From NCBI GenBank assembly GCA_020348925.1, contig CP070758.1, positions 2,991,688 to 3,055,687 of the forward strand: a stretch of 64,000 nucleotides of DNA, given 5' to 3'. A model generated the notes under the pieces. It made no database searches and was not told the DNA's origin. It was given only the letters and a program-made list of their open reading frames with translations. Position numbers and translations under genes: made by a program. Below are positions 52,050 through 61,500 of this stretch, one piece after another (position 1 is the stretch's first letter; each line of letters begins with the position of its first letter). This DNA is from Gemmatimonadota bacterium. GTDB lineage: Bacteria; JBHIER01; G020348925.

Positions 52050-52460
52050 GTTCAGGAGATGTCTCCTGAACGAAAAAATAGCTGAGGACTTAAGTCCTTT
52101 TCCGTTCATCCGTCATGGGGGTATCTCTCTGACGATCATCAATCCCCTCTAACTCCCTTTACAAAAGGGGAGAACTTTCTGATCGCCTACCCGCGGGAAA
52201 AGTTGTACGCTCTCCCGTATCATCTTTCATGTCGGTTAAGGGGAACAGGAGTACAATTTCTGCCCCATCATAGAGTGGAATGAAACTGAATCGAGAAATT
52301 CGGGACCGTCGGCACGGACAGATTTCTCGTTACGCTCGCAATGACAAAGGAGGCGGAAGCTTTCGATTGAAATCCGTGCACAAGTAAACCTCCCAGAAGT
52401 TCGAACCTTCGGGAGGTTTTATCTTTTCGACTTTTAAACTTTTTAACTTTTAGACTTTTA
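52050..52460. repeat. Cluster of palindromic REP-like remnants and an 8-bp tandem repeat
   Basis: GTTCAGGAGA-tg-TCTCCTGAAC; CTCCCTTT-ac-AAAAGGGGAG; AAACCTCCC...GGGAGGTTT (52386-52419); five CTTTTnnA units (52423-52460). Confidence 0.6.
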
Positions 52461-54322
52461 TTACTTCATCAACACCATCCGCTTCGTATCGGTGAATTCA
52501 CCGGCGGTCAACCGATAGAAATAGACTCCGCTGGCAAGCCCTTCACCATTCCATTGAATCTCGTAATATCCAGCCTGTTGCTCCGAATCGACAAGAACCT
52601 TAACCACCTGTCCGAGGATGTTGTACACTGTCAAGGTTACCCATGAAACCTCAGGGAGAGTATACTCAATCTTCGTCTCCGGGTTGAAAGGATTGGGTGA
52701 ATTGGGGAATAGGGAGAATAAAGTTAATCTTGATGCCAAGGCTTTTTGTTCTAATATCCATCCCTTCGACGAGTATGGTGTTTCATCGGAGTAAGGAGAA
52801 TACTGAGCGGAATCGTCTTTGGCCCTTATTTTATACTTGACTTTAACCGGACCATCCGGGTCGAGGTAAAATAGTGAATCGATGTAACTGGTTTCAGTTG
52901 TGGAATCGATTTTACTCCAGGGTCCATGAACGTACTTGCTGGTTTTAGGGTAGCGCCAGATCTCATATACGGCGATATCGTCCTCAGGATTTGAGTCCCA
53001 GGTGAGGTATGGATAATCATATGTTTCGTCATCAAGTGTCAAACCCGTTGGCTTAACTGGAGGGAAATCAACAAGGGCCAGATAAACACCGGAATCACTG
53101 GCTGTCTTTTGTGTCCAACAAGGATACGCAAAGCCATCAGTGGAAGCAATGCCAATATAGTCGTAGAAACCTTGTCCCATAGCACGCACTTCACACTCTG
53201 AGGTTATTGCTAAGGTGTCCAAATTACCCATGCTTGATCCATAAGCAAGATATAAATCTGAACAAGATCCACTGCAGTTTAAATTAGTAGCAAAGGCAAG
53301 GCAAATTTCCCCTTGGGGTGTTACAGTTAACCAGGGATGGAATTCCTTTGAGGAGTCATATGCAACTGCTGGGGAAGGGGTGTTGTCCCAGTCAGTCCCA
53401 GCGTTTGTTGATTTCACATAGTAAATATCAAAGTCTCCGACGTCGTTAACCCTATGTTGGGTATATGCTACGTAAATATGGTCATCACCGGTTTGAGATA
53501 CATCTACAGCTATAGTTGGAATTGACCAAATACGCATACTGCAATAGGAATAAGATTCTATAGCACTATCAACATCAGCAATCTCCTGCATGTTATTCTG
53601 TTTGAAAGACGTACTATCCTTATCCCACTTATTAAAGTACACATCTGCAGTATCTTTAAACACATTAATGCGTAACCATACCAGATAAACATCGGAGTCC
53701 TTACCAACTGCTGGTACCGCTCCGATTGCACTTATATCTGTGGGGGGGTCGTCAATTGTATCAGGAGGAGTAGAGAAAGAATCTCCCCGATCTGTTGAAT
53801 ATGAAAAAAATAACTTGGAATATCTACTCCAGACTACATATATATTGTTATCCCTTACGTTATCGTCGTTATTATCAACTACGATATAAGGCTTATCTAC
53901 TCCATTTCCTGAATATACACAAGTTGTATCTGAATCAAAAGAACTACCTTGCCCCTTTTTAGCAACGTATATTCCAGCGCTTTGACTGGCTGTTTTTCTT
54001 TTCACAAAAGCGTAGTATGCATTACCATCCTCATCAAATGCACAAGAAGGATCAAAACCATCATATGCTATGCAACCAGTGTCTGGCCAAGTATTTCCAC
54101 CGTTTCCTGTAAAAGCATATCCAGGATATGTAGTATCTTTTAAGTAATTAAATACCACACATAAGCTATCATCGTCACTGGGTTTACGGCTATTGCTGTC
54201 TCTCCAGATTGAATTCCATTTAGTACAGTTTTAGTGGTTTTAATTTGAGACTCTGAAATTTTGGATATGCTAAGGCTTACTACAAGCAAGCACAACACGA
54301 GAAAAATATCCTTTGTTTTCAT
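52461..54322 (-). pseudogene. Secreted BNR/sialidase-like beta-propeller, FN3 domain and sorting domain, with a 1-nt frameshift near 54180
   Basis: The signal-peptide ORF from 54322 (ETAIAVNP) joins the downstream frame (SDDDSLCVVFNY) if one base is added. STDRG.SF and STNAG.DW boxes, DYIG, L.WD.N.E.D..YEIWR, PNPFNP...KRMVLMK. Confidence 0.8.
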
Positions 54323-54470
54323 GGTAATTCACCTCTTTCTTTAGTAAAAATTCTCTTGACTTTACAAAGGAAGGAATTATATATTTTAAATGTACCAAAT
54401 GGTGGAGATCGAATGACATATTTTATTAAAATAAAGTTACTCGTCATTATATCATAATTCCTTAAAAAGT

Positions 54471-55190
54471 ATGAAAAAGATTCTTTTTATTTCTTATGTT
54501 TTAATCGTTTCAATACCAACTTTGCCCCTTTTATCTCAAGAAGCAGTTCTAACTCTAACTCATGGCTCAGGAGTCCCGGGAAGCAATAGCAATATCATCC
54601 ATGTAGAATTGGAGCATGATCAATATGTAGTATCAAGTTTTGAGATCTATATTCTCTTCGAGCCGAATATTTTGTCTGTTTGCGATCATGAGTTATCAGA
54701 ATGTCCACACTGTGGTCCCTGTTGTGTATGTGCTATAGAAAGAACTACCGAATGGAGCATTTTTCAATATTTCTCTAAGGAGGATGCAGGAACTTTAGGT
54801 GTAGTTGGCTATACTGAAGGTCATGTATTAGAGCCTGGAATTAACGCAATTGCAGAAGTCAAGATTGATGTGGCAGAAACCGTTCCAGTCAATGAATACA
54901 AACTCTATTTCGGAAGAACTCAGGTTAAAAATCCTGCTGCTGAGGAAATTCCCTCCACTACAATCGATGGCGTCTTTTCTGTAGTTCATAAAGGAGATGT
55001 GAACCACGACGGCAGTGTCGATGTCCTGGACGTCGTTTTAACAGGACTCATCTTCCTGGAACAATACCAGCCAACTTTTGGAGAACTATCCATCGCTGAT
55101 TGTATAGACGACAACGAAATAACTCTTGAAGATGCCTTTTGCATCGTTGACGTGATCCTTACTTCATATTCAAAGAAACAGAAAAAATAA
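54471..55190 (+). CDS. Small secreted cohesin-dockerin protein (adaptor-like)
   Basis: Signal peptide; cohesin-like GSGVPG...LEPGINAIAEVKIDV...TIDGVFSV; KGDVNHDGSVDVLD...ADCIDDNEITLED. Confidence 0.8.
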   Translation: MKKILFISYVLIVSIPTLPLLSQEAVLTLTHGSGVPGSNSNIIHVELEHDQYVVSSFEIYILFEPNILSVCDHELSECPHCGPCCVCAIERTTEWSIFQYFSKEDAGTLGVVGYTEGHVLEPGINAIAEVKIDVAETVPVNEYKLYFGRTQVKNPAAEEIPSTTIDGVFSVVHKGDVNHDGSVDVLDVVLTGLIFLEQYQPTFGELSIADCIDDNEITLEDAFCIVDVILTSYSKKQKK

Positions 55191-55344
55191 ATATGGTGTG
55201 ATGAAATTTGCTCTTTAGTAACTCCTAACTCCAAGGTATACAATCACCTATACGATCAGATGACCGTCTTATCGATTAGAAGTTTCCACTCCTCTTATAT
55301 CACTGTCAAAGTATAATTCTTAAAATTTCCGTCAAGTAAAAACA

Positions 55345-55384
55345 TTCGTACAATTCTGACATTCTTTCGTATAATTCTGACATT
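55345..55384 (-). promoter_or_regulatory. Direct-repeat operator with 21-bp period (probable AraC-type site)
   Basis: TTCGTACAATTCTGACATT (55345) and TTCGTATAATTCTGACATT (55366), directly after the regulator stop codon. Confidence 0.65.
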
Positions 55385-55893
55385 TTACTTGAAATTGGTA
55401 TTTTTATGATCGTTTCTATATCCAGAAGGTGATTTCCCGGTCGAATTCTTAAACAGCTTATAGAAGTAATTTTGGTCGTTAAATCCTACTTTTACTGCCA
55501 CTTCCTTGATCTCCAAATTCGAGCATTTCAAAAGGGATTTGGCTTTGTCAATCCTTAATCTATTCAACCAGATTTCAACTGTACAGTTTTTACTATCCTT
55601 GAAGGAACGGGCTAAATGACTGTAACTGACACCAATACCTTGAGCCACATCTATAGCAGAGATCGGCCGACAATATAGTTCCTCCATGAAGTCAACGGCT
55701 TTATCTCCTAAAGACTTTCCTAATTTGATTGGGGTCAAGACATTTTCGATTATTTTCATTAGCTCCTTAACTCTGAAAGGCTTGATAATGTAATTCTCCA
55801 TTCCTAAGCCTCAACAGCCACCTCTTCTGAACCTTTTCCAGTGACTATGATCACCGAGACATTGAAATCAAGTTTTTTCGTTCTTTCAGGCAT
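55385..55893 (-). pseudogene. Degenerate REC-AraC response regulator with intact HTH portion (55385-55801)
   Basis: Remnant VIIVTGKGSEEVAVEA* is out of frame with ENYIIKPF...IKEVAVKVGFNDQNYF; the N-terminal half of the receiver is missing. Paralogue of 59724-60449. Confidence 0.8.
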
Positions 55894-56079
55894 CAAACAG
55901 AGTGCGGATTTCTGTCCCAACACAATAACTATTTTAAGGATTTCGCACTTATGTTGTCTGTCTCACAATGAGTGCTTTATTGTAGTACGAAGGTTGAAGG
56001 CATTAGGATAGTTTTATGAAAGACAAATTTTGCAGGAACATGCGGAGGAGTGGGAGTGTTAACGCCGTCACTATCTGGA

Positions 56080-56658
56080 TTATTGGACAAGAGATCCCCA
56101 CTCCATGGAACTTGCTGCGTAAGACCAGCTGTACCTTGGTTAATCATGAGCCAAAATATCCCAGTAGTATGTGTCACCGGATGTAAGTGCGTTTGCTGTC
56201 ATCAAAATCTCAGTTGTAATGCTATCATTGGTGCTCTTTCTAAAAAATATAGGGTCTTTGTCATTTGTCGTGAAGAATGCTTTTTTACCCTTATAGACAT
56301 GGTGGGGGATAAAAAAAGCGTCCGCATCTTGCCCCTCGTCACGATAGATGACAAAGACCTAAATATATTATTCTCTAAGGTTTCAAGCATGGGGTTTTAA
56401 TTCCACACTATTACCTCAAACTTGTCGGCTTCAGGAACAGGCTCCCAACGTAATATAGGAGTGTCATTGAAAAATAATACCATCCATTGGAAATATAAGC
56501 TGTGGAATAGAGAGCGAATTAATGATTTTAGATGCATCAACATGAAACCGCATAGAGATAGGTTCGGACAATACAACTTTGGAATAGCCAACCACTCCCT
56601 GTTTCCCATGCAGGCTTGAATAGTTGACCAATTGGTCAATTCGAAAGTGAATACCCAA
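56080..56658 (-). pseudogene. Fragmented remnant of an FN3-like secreted protein gene
   Basis: Pieces in different frames: IPQLIFPMDG / NDTPILRWEPVPEADKFEVIVW* / LTSGDTYYWDILAHD*. Confidence 0.5.
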
Positions 56659-56659
56659 A

Positions 56660-58285
56660 TTATTTTAATAGAATCAACGTATCACTTGATACAAAGAGAT
56701 GTTCTGAAGGTAATGTTTTAGCCTCAACGCGATAATAATAGATTCCCGATGGCAAGAGTTGGCCTTGTTGACCAGAACCGTCCCATCGTACGCATGTTTT
56801 CTCAGCCAAGAGATTCCCATTTATTAGGGTTTTAATAAGTTGGCCAGTAACATTGTAGATTCTTAGCCAAACCAAACATTTACACCCTAAGGTAATATGG
56901 AAGGTTGTGGTGTCATTAAATGGATTGGGATAATTAGTAACTGCTATAGGTTGGTCAACTGTCCGATGAATCCATGTCTCATCACTATCTACTCTCGTCG
57001 GATACGCTGATTTCCGTGAATACTTTATTTCTCGTGAGTGCTCAACTGAATCGACCGCAGTTTCAATCCAAACCAAATGCATTTGATCATGAGGGTCAAT
57101 CGTGAGAGCGGGGTACGTCTTAATAACCGAGGCGTTCTCAAAGAGAACTTCGGGGTCCGACCAAGACGCCTCTCTGCCAAACCTATAGGTAACTTGCCTA
57201 GAGCAACTTTCGGTTTTATTTGGAATTATTTCAGTCCATATTATATGTATAGTATCATTACTATCCAAAGCGATCTGAGGATATAAGGGTACCTCTCCCG
57301 TTGAGGACAGTCCTATCGGATCTGACCAATTTTTACCAGTGTGAGAGAATGAATAATACAGATCGTCTGGCCATAAATTCATGTCAGGGTCTTCCAGCCA
57401 AATAATGTGGCGAGTGTTGTTCCCATCGACGACGATTTGGGGCTGATGGGCAAAGGAATGGGGATTACGATAGACGTTCACGGGTTCTGGCCAAAGGCTA
57501 TCATTTTTGGCTTTGTAGGAATACCAGACATAATTCAAACTTTGATCCAGGATACTAATATCAAAACCAGTTTGGTCCTTTGCTCCAATGAAAACCATAT
57601 GAAGGGAGTCTTGAGGCCCTATATAAAGATCAGGCCAAAAAGCCGCACCTCCAGGCGACCCCCAGGTCGGAAAAGGTCGAGTGGCGGAGGTCCAAGCACT
57701 ATCGGTCCAGGTTTTGAGCCAAATGGTATTCCCCGGAGGAGACAACCACCAATAAACATATAAAGTGTTATCACGGCCAACACGGATGTTATATTTCCCT
57801 AGGTAAGAATTTGGTGAATCCGTCGAAATGAGGGTATCAGGGATCCTCCCACCATTCTCCGTAAGCTGAAGGTGAAGAAGACTATAACTATGAAAAGGTT
57901 GTTCGGGAAATTCTTGATTCTCGCCCCAAAGGGCATGAGGTATGTTGTCATAATCGACAACGATGTGAGGATCAAAAACGGTCCCCGAACCGGGAGCTAA
58001 GGCAATTGGTATAGTCCATTCATCATCAAGCATTTCAATATAGTAGACAAAGTCATCGCCGACATTGTAATCTGCATTCTCTCCCCAGACAAGGTGAAGC
58101 CGATTGTCTGTCCCGCTACACAATGACAACTGCTGCATAGCTCCACGATCGTCCGCGACCGGTTGTGGTTCCGACCAAGCTTGAGCAATTGAGACCCGGG
58201 GTAAAATGCAAAAAGATGCATAAAATAGAATGAGCAAAAAATAACCGCACATACTTCCTCTTGCACCAAAAACACTCTTGTTCAA
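56660..58285 (-). CDS. Secreted beta-propeller (BNR-like) protein with FlgD-like C-terminal sorting domain
   Basis: Repeated P.I..D....H..W and WS.P units; TNYPNPFN, IYNVTGQLIKTL, WDG..LPSGIYYY. Confidence 0.8.
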   Translation of the reverse strand: MNKSVFGARGSMCGYFLLILFYASFCILPRVSIAQAWSEPQPVADDRGAMQQLSLCSGTDNRLHLVWGENADYNVGDDFVYYIEMLDDEWTIPIALAPGSGTVFDPHIVVDYDNIPHALWGENQEFPEQPFHSYSLLHLQLTENGGRIPDTLISTDSPNSYLGKYNIRVGRDNTLYVYWWLSPPGNTIWLKTWTDSAWTSATRPFPTWGSPGGAAFWPDLYIGPQDSLHMVFIGAKDQTGFDISILDQSLNYVWYSYKAKNDSLWPEPVNVYRNPHSFAHQPQIVVDGNNTRHIIWLEDPDMNLWPDDLYYSFSHTGKNWSDPIGLSSTGEVPLYPQIALDSNDTIHIIWTEIIPNKTESCSRQVTYRFGREASWSDPEVLFENASVIKTYPALTIDPHDQMHLVWIETAVDSVEHSREIKYSRKSAYPTRVDSDETWIHRTVDQPIAVTNYPNPFNDTTTFHITLGCKCLVWLRIYNVTGQLIKTLINGNLLAEKTCVRWDGSGQQGQLLPSGIYYYRVEAKTLPSEHLFVSSDTLILLK

Positions 58286-58331
58286 ACGTCTATTTTCTAA
58301 ACATAAATGCGTTAACTCAAATCGAGTTTAA

Positions 58332-58368
58332 TGATGGCACCCCCAGCAATTTGCTGAGAGTGCCATCA
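58332..58368. terminator. Intergenic hairpin
   Basis: TGATGGCAC..CAGCAA-t-TTGCTG..GTGCCATCA. Confidence 0.55.
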
Positions 58369-58450
58369 GTCTTACGGCGCACTCAAATGGAAGTGGCCAC
58401 GTTGAACCCGGAAAGCCTTTTTCCATAGGTAGGCTAAGGTAGTGGGAAAT

Positions 58451-59163
58451 CTATTTATCCACTACCCACAGTGCACAATCTTGGGAAAATCCTTGAGGGT
58501 ACCAAGCACCGCCGCAATAGAATTCTTGGCAGAGGGGCATAGCAGGATCATAAAATGCATGACCCGACCACTCTCTTGCACACCACGATTGAGAATATGA
58601 AAATACATCTTCCACTTTCGCCCACATAGCGCAGTAGTCAAACGCATAACCTTCTGCGAGAGGCTGCCACGAACCTCCTACTAAAGGCTTCCACTCCACA
58701 TAAATGGTAACATAGATATTACAGATAGGAAGGGGCCAGGATATGGATGCTGCACCAATCCACAGGGAAGGATTCTGATAAGGTTGGGTAACATCTATAA
58801 CCCAACCTTCAGCCGACCAACCGCAGCCGTAAGCGGTCTCATAAGAATCTCCCCAAGACGCACGTATGGAATCCCCTGTTTTTCTTTTTGTGGTGGGATC
58901 CCCAAGTTTTTTCCTTATAGCGTCAGATTCTTCACGCTTGACTTTTATCGGAGCATTGGGGTCATCGACTTTTATTAAAGACCCAGATGGGCACGGTTCA
59001 TCACCCATTCTTTCAGCTATCTCCTGAGGCAATTTTTGGAGATCGTCTTGGGGGGGCGTCTGGGTGAGTTGTTCTTTTTCGCTACAGCCTGTCATGAGGA
59101 CGACCACCGCGAAACTCACCATAGTAGAATCAGACTTCTATTAGCAGCATTGACTAAGTACAT
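58451..59163 (-). CDS. Cys/Trp-rich lipoprotein of unknown function; probable 1-nt frameshift in the signal peptide
   Basis: AAAGGAGG-ATG at 59163 is 41 nt upstream of the in-frame ATG at 59122; lipobox MTGC; 223-aa open frame. Confidence 0.7.
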
Positions 59164-59633
59164 GACCATCCTCCTTTCTTTCTTTGGATTAGTGAGCCTG
59201 TTCACAGTCATGTGTAAATGACAATAACTAAAGCATTGCTTTCACCCCCTTACCAATTGTATGATTGGTTCTTTCTTTCGTAAGACTTACTACGGCATTC
59301 AAAAAGTACCCACTCTCATTATCTGTTTTAAGTATTTCTTTTGCTCACCTGCGAAATGACACCTACTTCCTCTCTCTTCAGAATCCCCTTTTCCGAAATG
59401 CTTCTCTGATCACTGCCACTCCATGTATCGACTAAGAATCTGGTTATTTTGCTGTCTTACCGAAGAGGTTTAGTACCTGCAAAGAATTTATATCCACTCA
59501 AACCTAATCAAATTTGAATAAACGGATTACCCCCTGGGAAATTTCAATTGACGATTTTAACTAAACTTGCTCAATTTATCCCCTTTTCCACAGTCTTGGA
59601 GAAAAAAACAATTCCTGTACCTAATTATTTTCC

Positions 59634-59730
59634 AATCTACCTTTCTTAGAAATCTACCTTTCTTAGAAATCCCTGGCAAGCAAAAATATTAGCACAATCC
59701 TATCATTTTATAGCACAATCCTATCATTTT
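59634..59730 (-). promoter_or_regulatory. 21-bp-period operator, promoter and 17-bp tandem duplication
   Basis: TAGCACAATCCTATCATTTT x2 (59690, 59711); minus strand TTGCCA-N17-TAGATT (59679-59651); AATCTACCTTTCTTAGA x2 (59634, 59651). Confidence 0.7.
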
Positions 59731-60449
59731 GTCGAAAAATCATTTTTAACAAACTGTTTTCTATATTCCAGCGGTGACGTCCCAGTATGCTTCTTGAAAA
59801 CGCGACCGAAATAATTCTGGTCGTTAAATCCCACCTTTGTTGCTATTTCCCTGATTTCCAAATTCGAATTTCCCAGAAGGACTTGCGCTTTATCTATCCT
59901 CAGTTCATTTAACCAAACATCGATGGAACAACATTTCTCCGTCTTGAATAAACGAGCCAGATGAGGGTAACTTAAACCAACTCCTTGAGCGACATCGCTG
60001 GCAGAAACCGGCTGACAATAATGCTCTTCCATAAACTCTATTGCCTGATCCACATGGGATTTTCTCACTTCTGGCGAACCACAGACTCTTTTTATAGTTT
60101 CCCTAAGCTCATTGACTTTAAAAGGCTTCTGAATGTAATCTCGTACTCCCATCTTGAACGCGCTGCGACATACCTCCTCCGTCCCCTTCCCCGTGACTAC
60201 GATCACAGGAACTTCACAATTCAGTTCTCTCATTCTTTCCAGAACCTTCAGGCCATCTATTCCGGGTGGCAATAAAAAGTCCAGAAGAACAAGATCAATC
60301 TTTTCTCTCCTCTGTAGAATTTCTAACGCCTTTTCACCCGTCTCAGCCTCAATAAGATTGTATTCATCCTCGAGGGCTATACGAAAAGCTTCCCTGCATG
60401 CACATTCATCGTCTACGATCAAAAAAGTACGTTTATCTTCAATCATCAA
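59724..60449 (-). CDS. Response regulator, REC plus AraC HTH
   Basis: LIVDDE, LVLLD, VTG, KPF; IREIATKVGFNDQNYFGRVFKKHTG.SP.EYR. Confidence 0.93.
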   Translation of the reverse strand: MMIEDKRTFLIVDDECACREAFRIALEDEYNLIEAETGEKALEILQRREKIDLVLLDFLLPPGIDGLKVLERMRELNCEVPVIVVTGKGTEEVCRSAFKMGVRDYIQKPFKVNELRETIKRVCGSPEVRKSHVDQAIEFMEEHYCQPVSASDVAQGVGLSYPHLARLFKTEKCCSIDVWLNELRIDKAQVLLGNSNLEIREIATKVGFNDQNYFGRVFKKHTGTSPLEYRKQFVKNDFSTK

Positions 60450-60903
60450 TCATCAACCTTCACCCCCTCATCAGGATTTTCGGACGTGCCCGGTATCAGA
60501 TGATGAATATGAAATGTTCCAGCAGATTTCCGACATTGTATACTACTCCGCTTTTCCTCTTTTCGCCTCATAATGAAATCCTCAAAGAATCTCACAAGGA
60601 GCCTTTGAACGCAGACAGCCTCTTCCGACCTTTCGCCTGATGCCGTGTTCCCTGAATGCATTGAGTTCCAATCTGCTTTTCGAAATATAAAGTATATTTT
60701 CTTTCTGTCAAGAAACAAGAACATCTTTTTCTTCCTATAAAAATCGACGAATTTGAGAATATTCCTAAGGTTTGTGGAGAAGGAAACGATCAAATGGAGC
60801 TAAATTTTGATTCAAATACAACAGCATCTGAACGTAAAAGGTATTGCGAAAAAAAATATATGGAATATATTACACATATGTTTGTATATCATTATGAGAG
60901 GCA

Positions 60904-61491
60904 GTGAGCATGCCAAACGAGGTGGCAGCATCCGACCAAGAACTGGCCCGGAAAGCGAAGGGTGGACAGCTTTCGGCCTTTGACGAGCTCGTCCTCAAAT
61001 ACCGGAAGAACGTCTACGCCATCGCCTTCCGAATGACCCGAAATCACAGCGATGCCGACGATCTGGCTCAGGAAACGTTTTTGCGGGCGTATCAGGCCCT
61101 CGATAGTTATAAACCCGGATTCGAGTTTCGCACCTGGCTCTACCGAATCGCTGTCAATGCGAGTATCAACCATCTCAAAAGGAAAGGGCGTCGTGTGGAG
61201 ATGTCACTGGAGGACAACGCTGGTCTTGATGTTGCGGCATCAACGTCTTCCTACAATCCAGGCACAGGAATTGAAGAAAAAGAGCTCAGGGAAAAAATAG
61301 AGACGGCAATTCAACACTTACCACTGAAATTGAGATCCGTCTTTCTCCTGAGAACATTTGAGGATCTCACCTATGAAGAGATCGCTCACGTGCTGAACAT
61401 TTCGAAAGGTACGGTCATGTCCCGTCTCAGCCGGGCCAGGGAAAAACTGAAAATCATGTTACGAGAATATGTTGAGGGAAAGAACGAATAA
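60904..61491 (+). CDS. ECF sigma-70 factor
   Basis: DADDLAQETF, FRTWLYRIAVN, LTYEEIA..L....GTVMSRLSRAR. Confidence 0.95.
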   Translation: MSMPNEVAASDQELARKAKGGQLSAFDELVLKYRKNVYAIAFRMTRNHSDADDLAQETFLRAYQALDSYKPGFEFRTWLYRIAVNASINHLKRKGRRVEMSLEDNAGLDVAASTSSYNPGTGIEEKELREKIETAIQHLPLKLRSVFLLRTFEDLTYEEIAHVLNISKGTVMSRLSRAREKLKIMLREYVEGKNE

Positions 61492-61500
61492 GCGAGGTGA

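Noticed and set aside
60446-60793. 115-aa ORF upstream of the response regulator as a possible sensor
   Set aside because: No kinase or sensor motifs; spans promoter-like AT-rich sequence.
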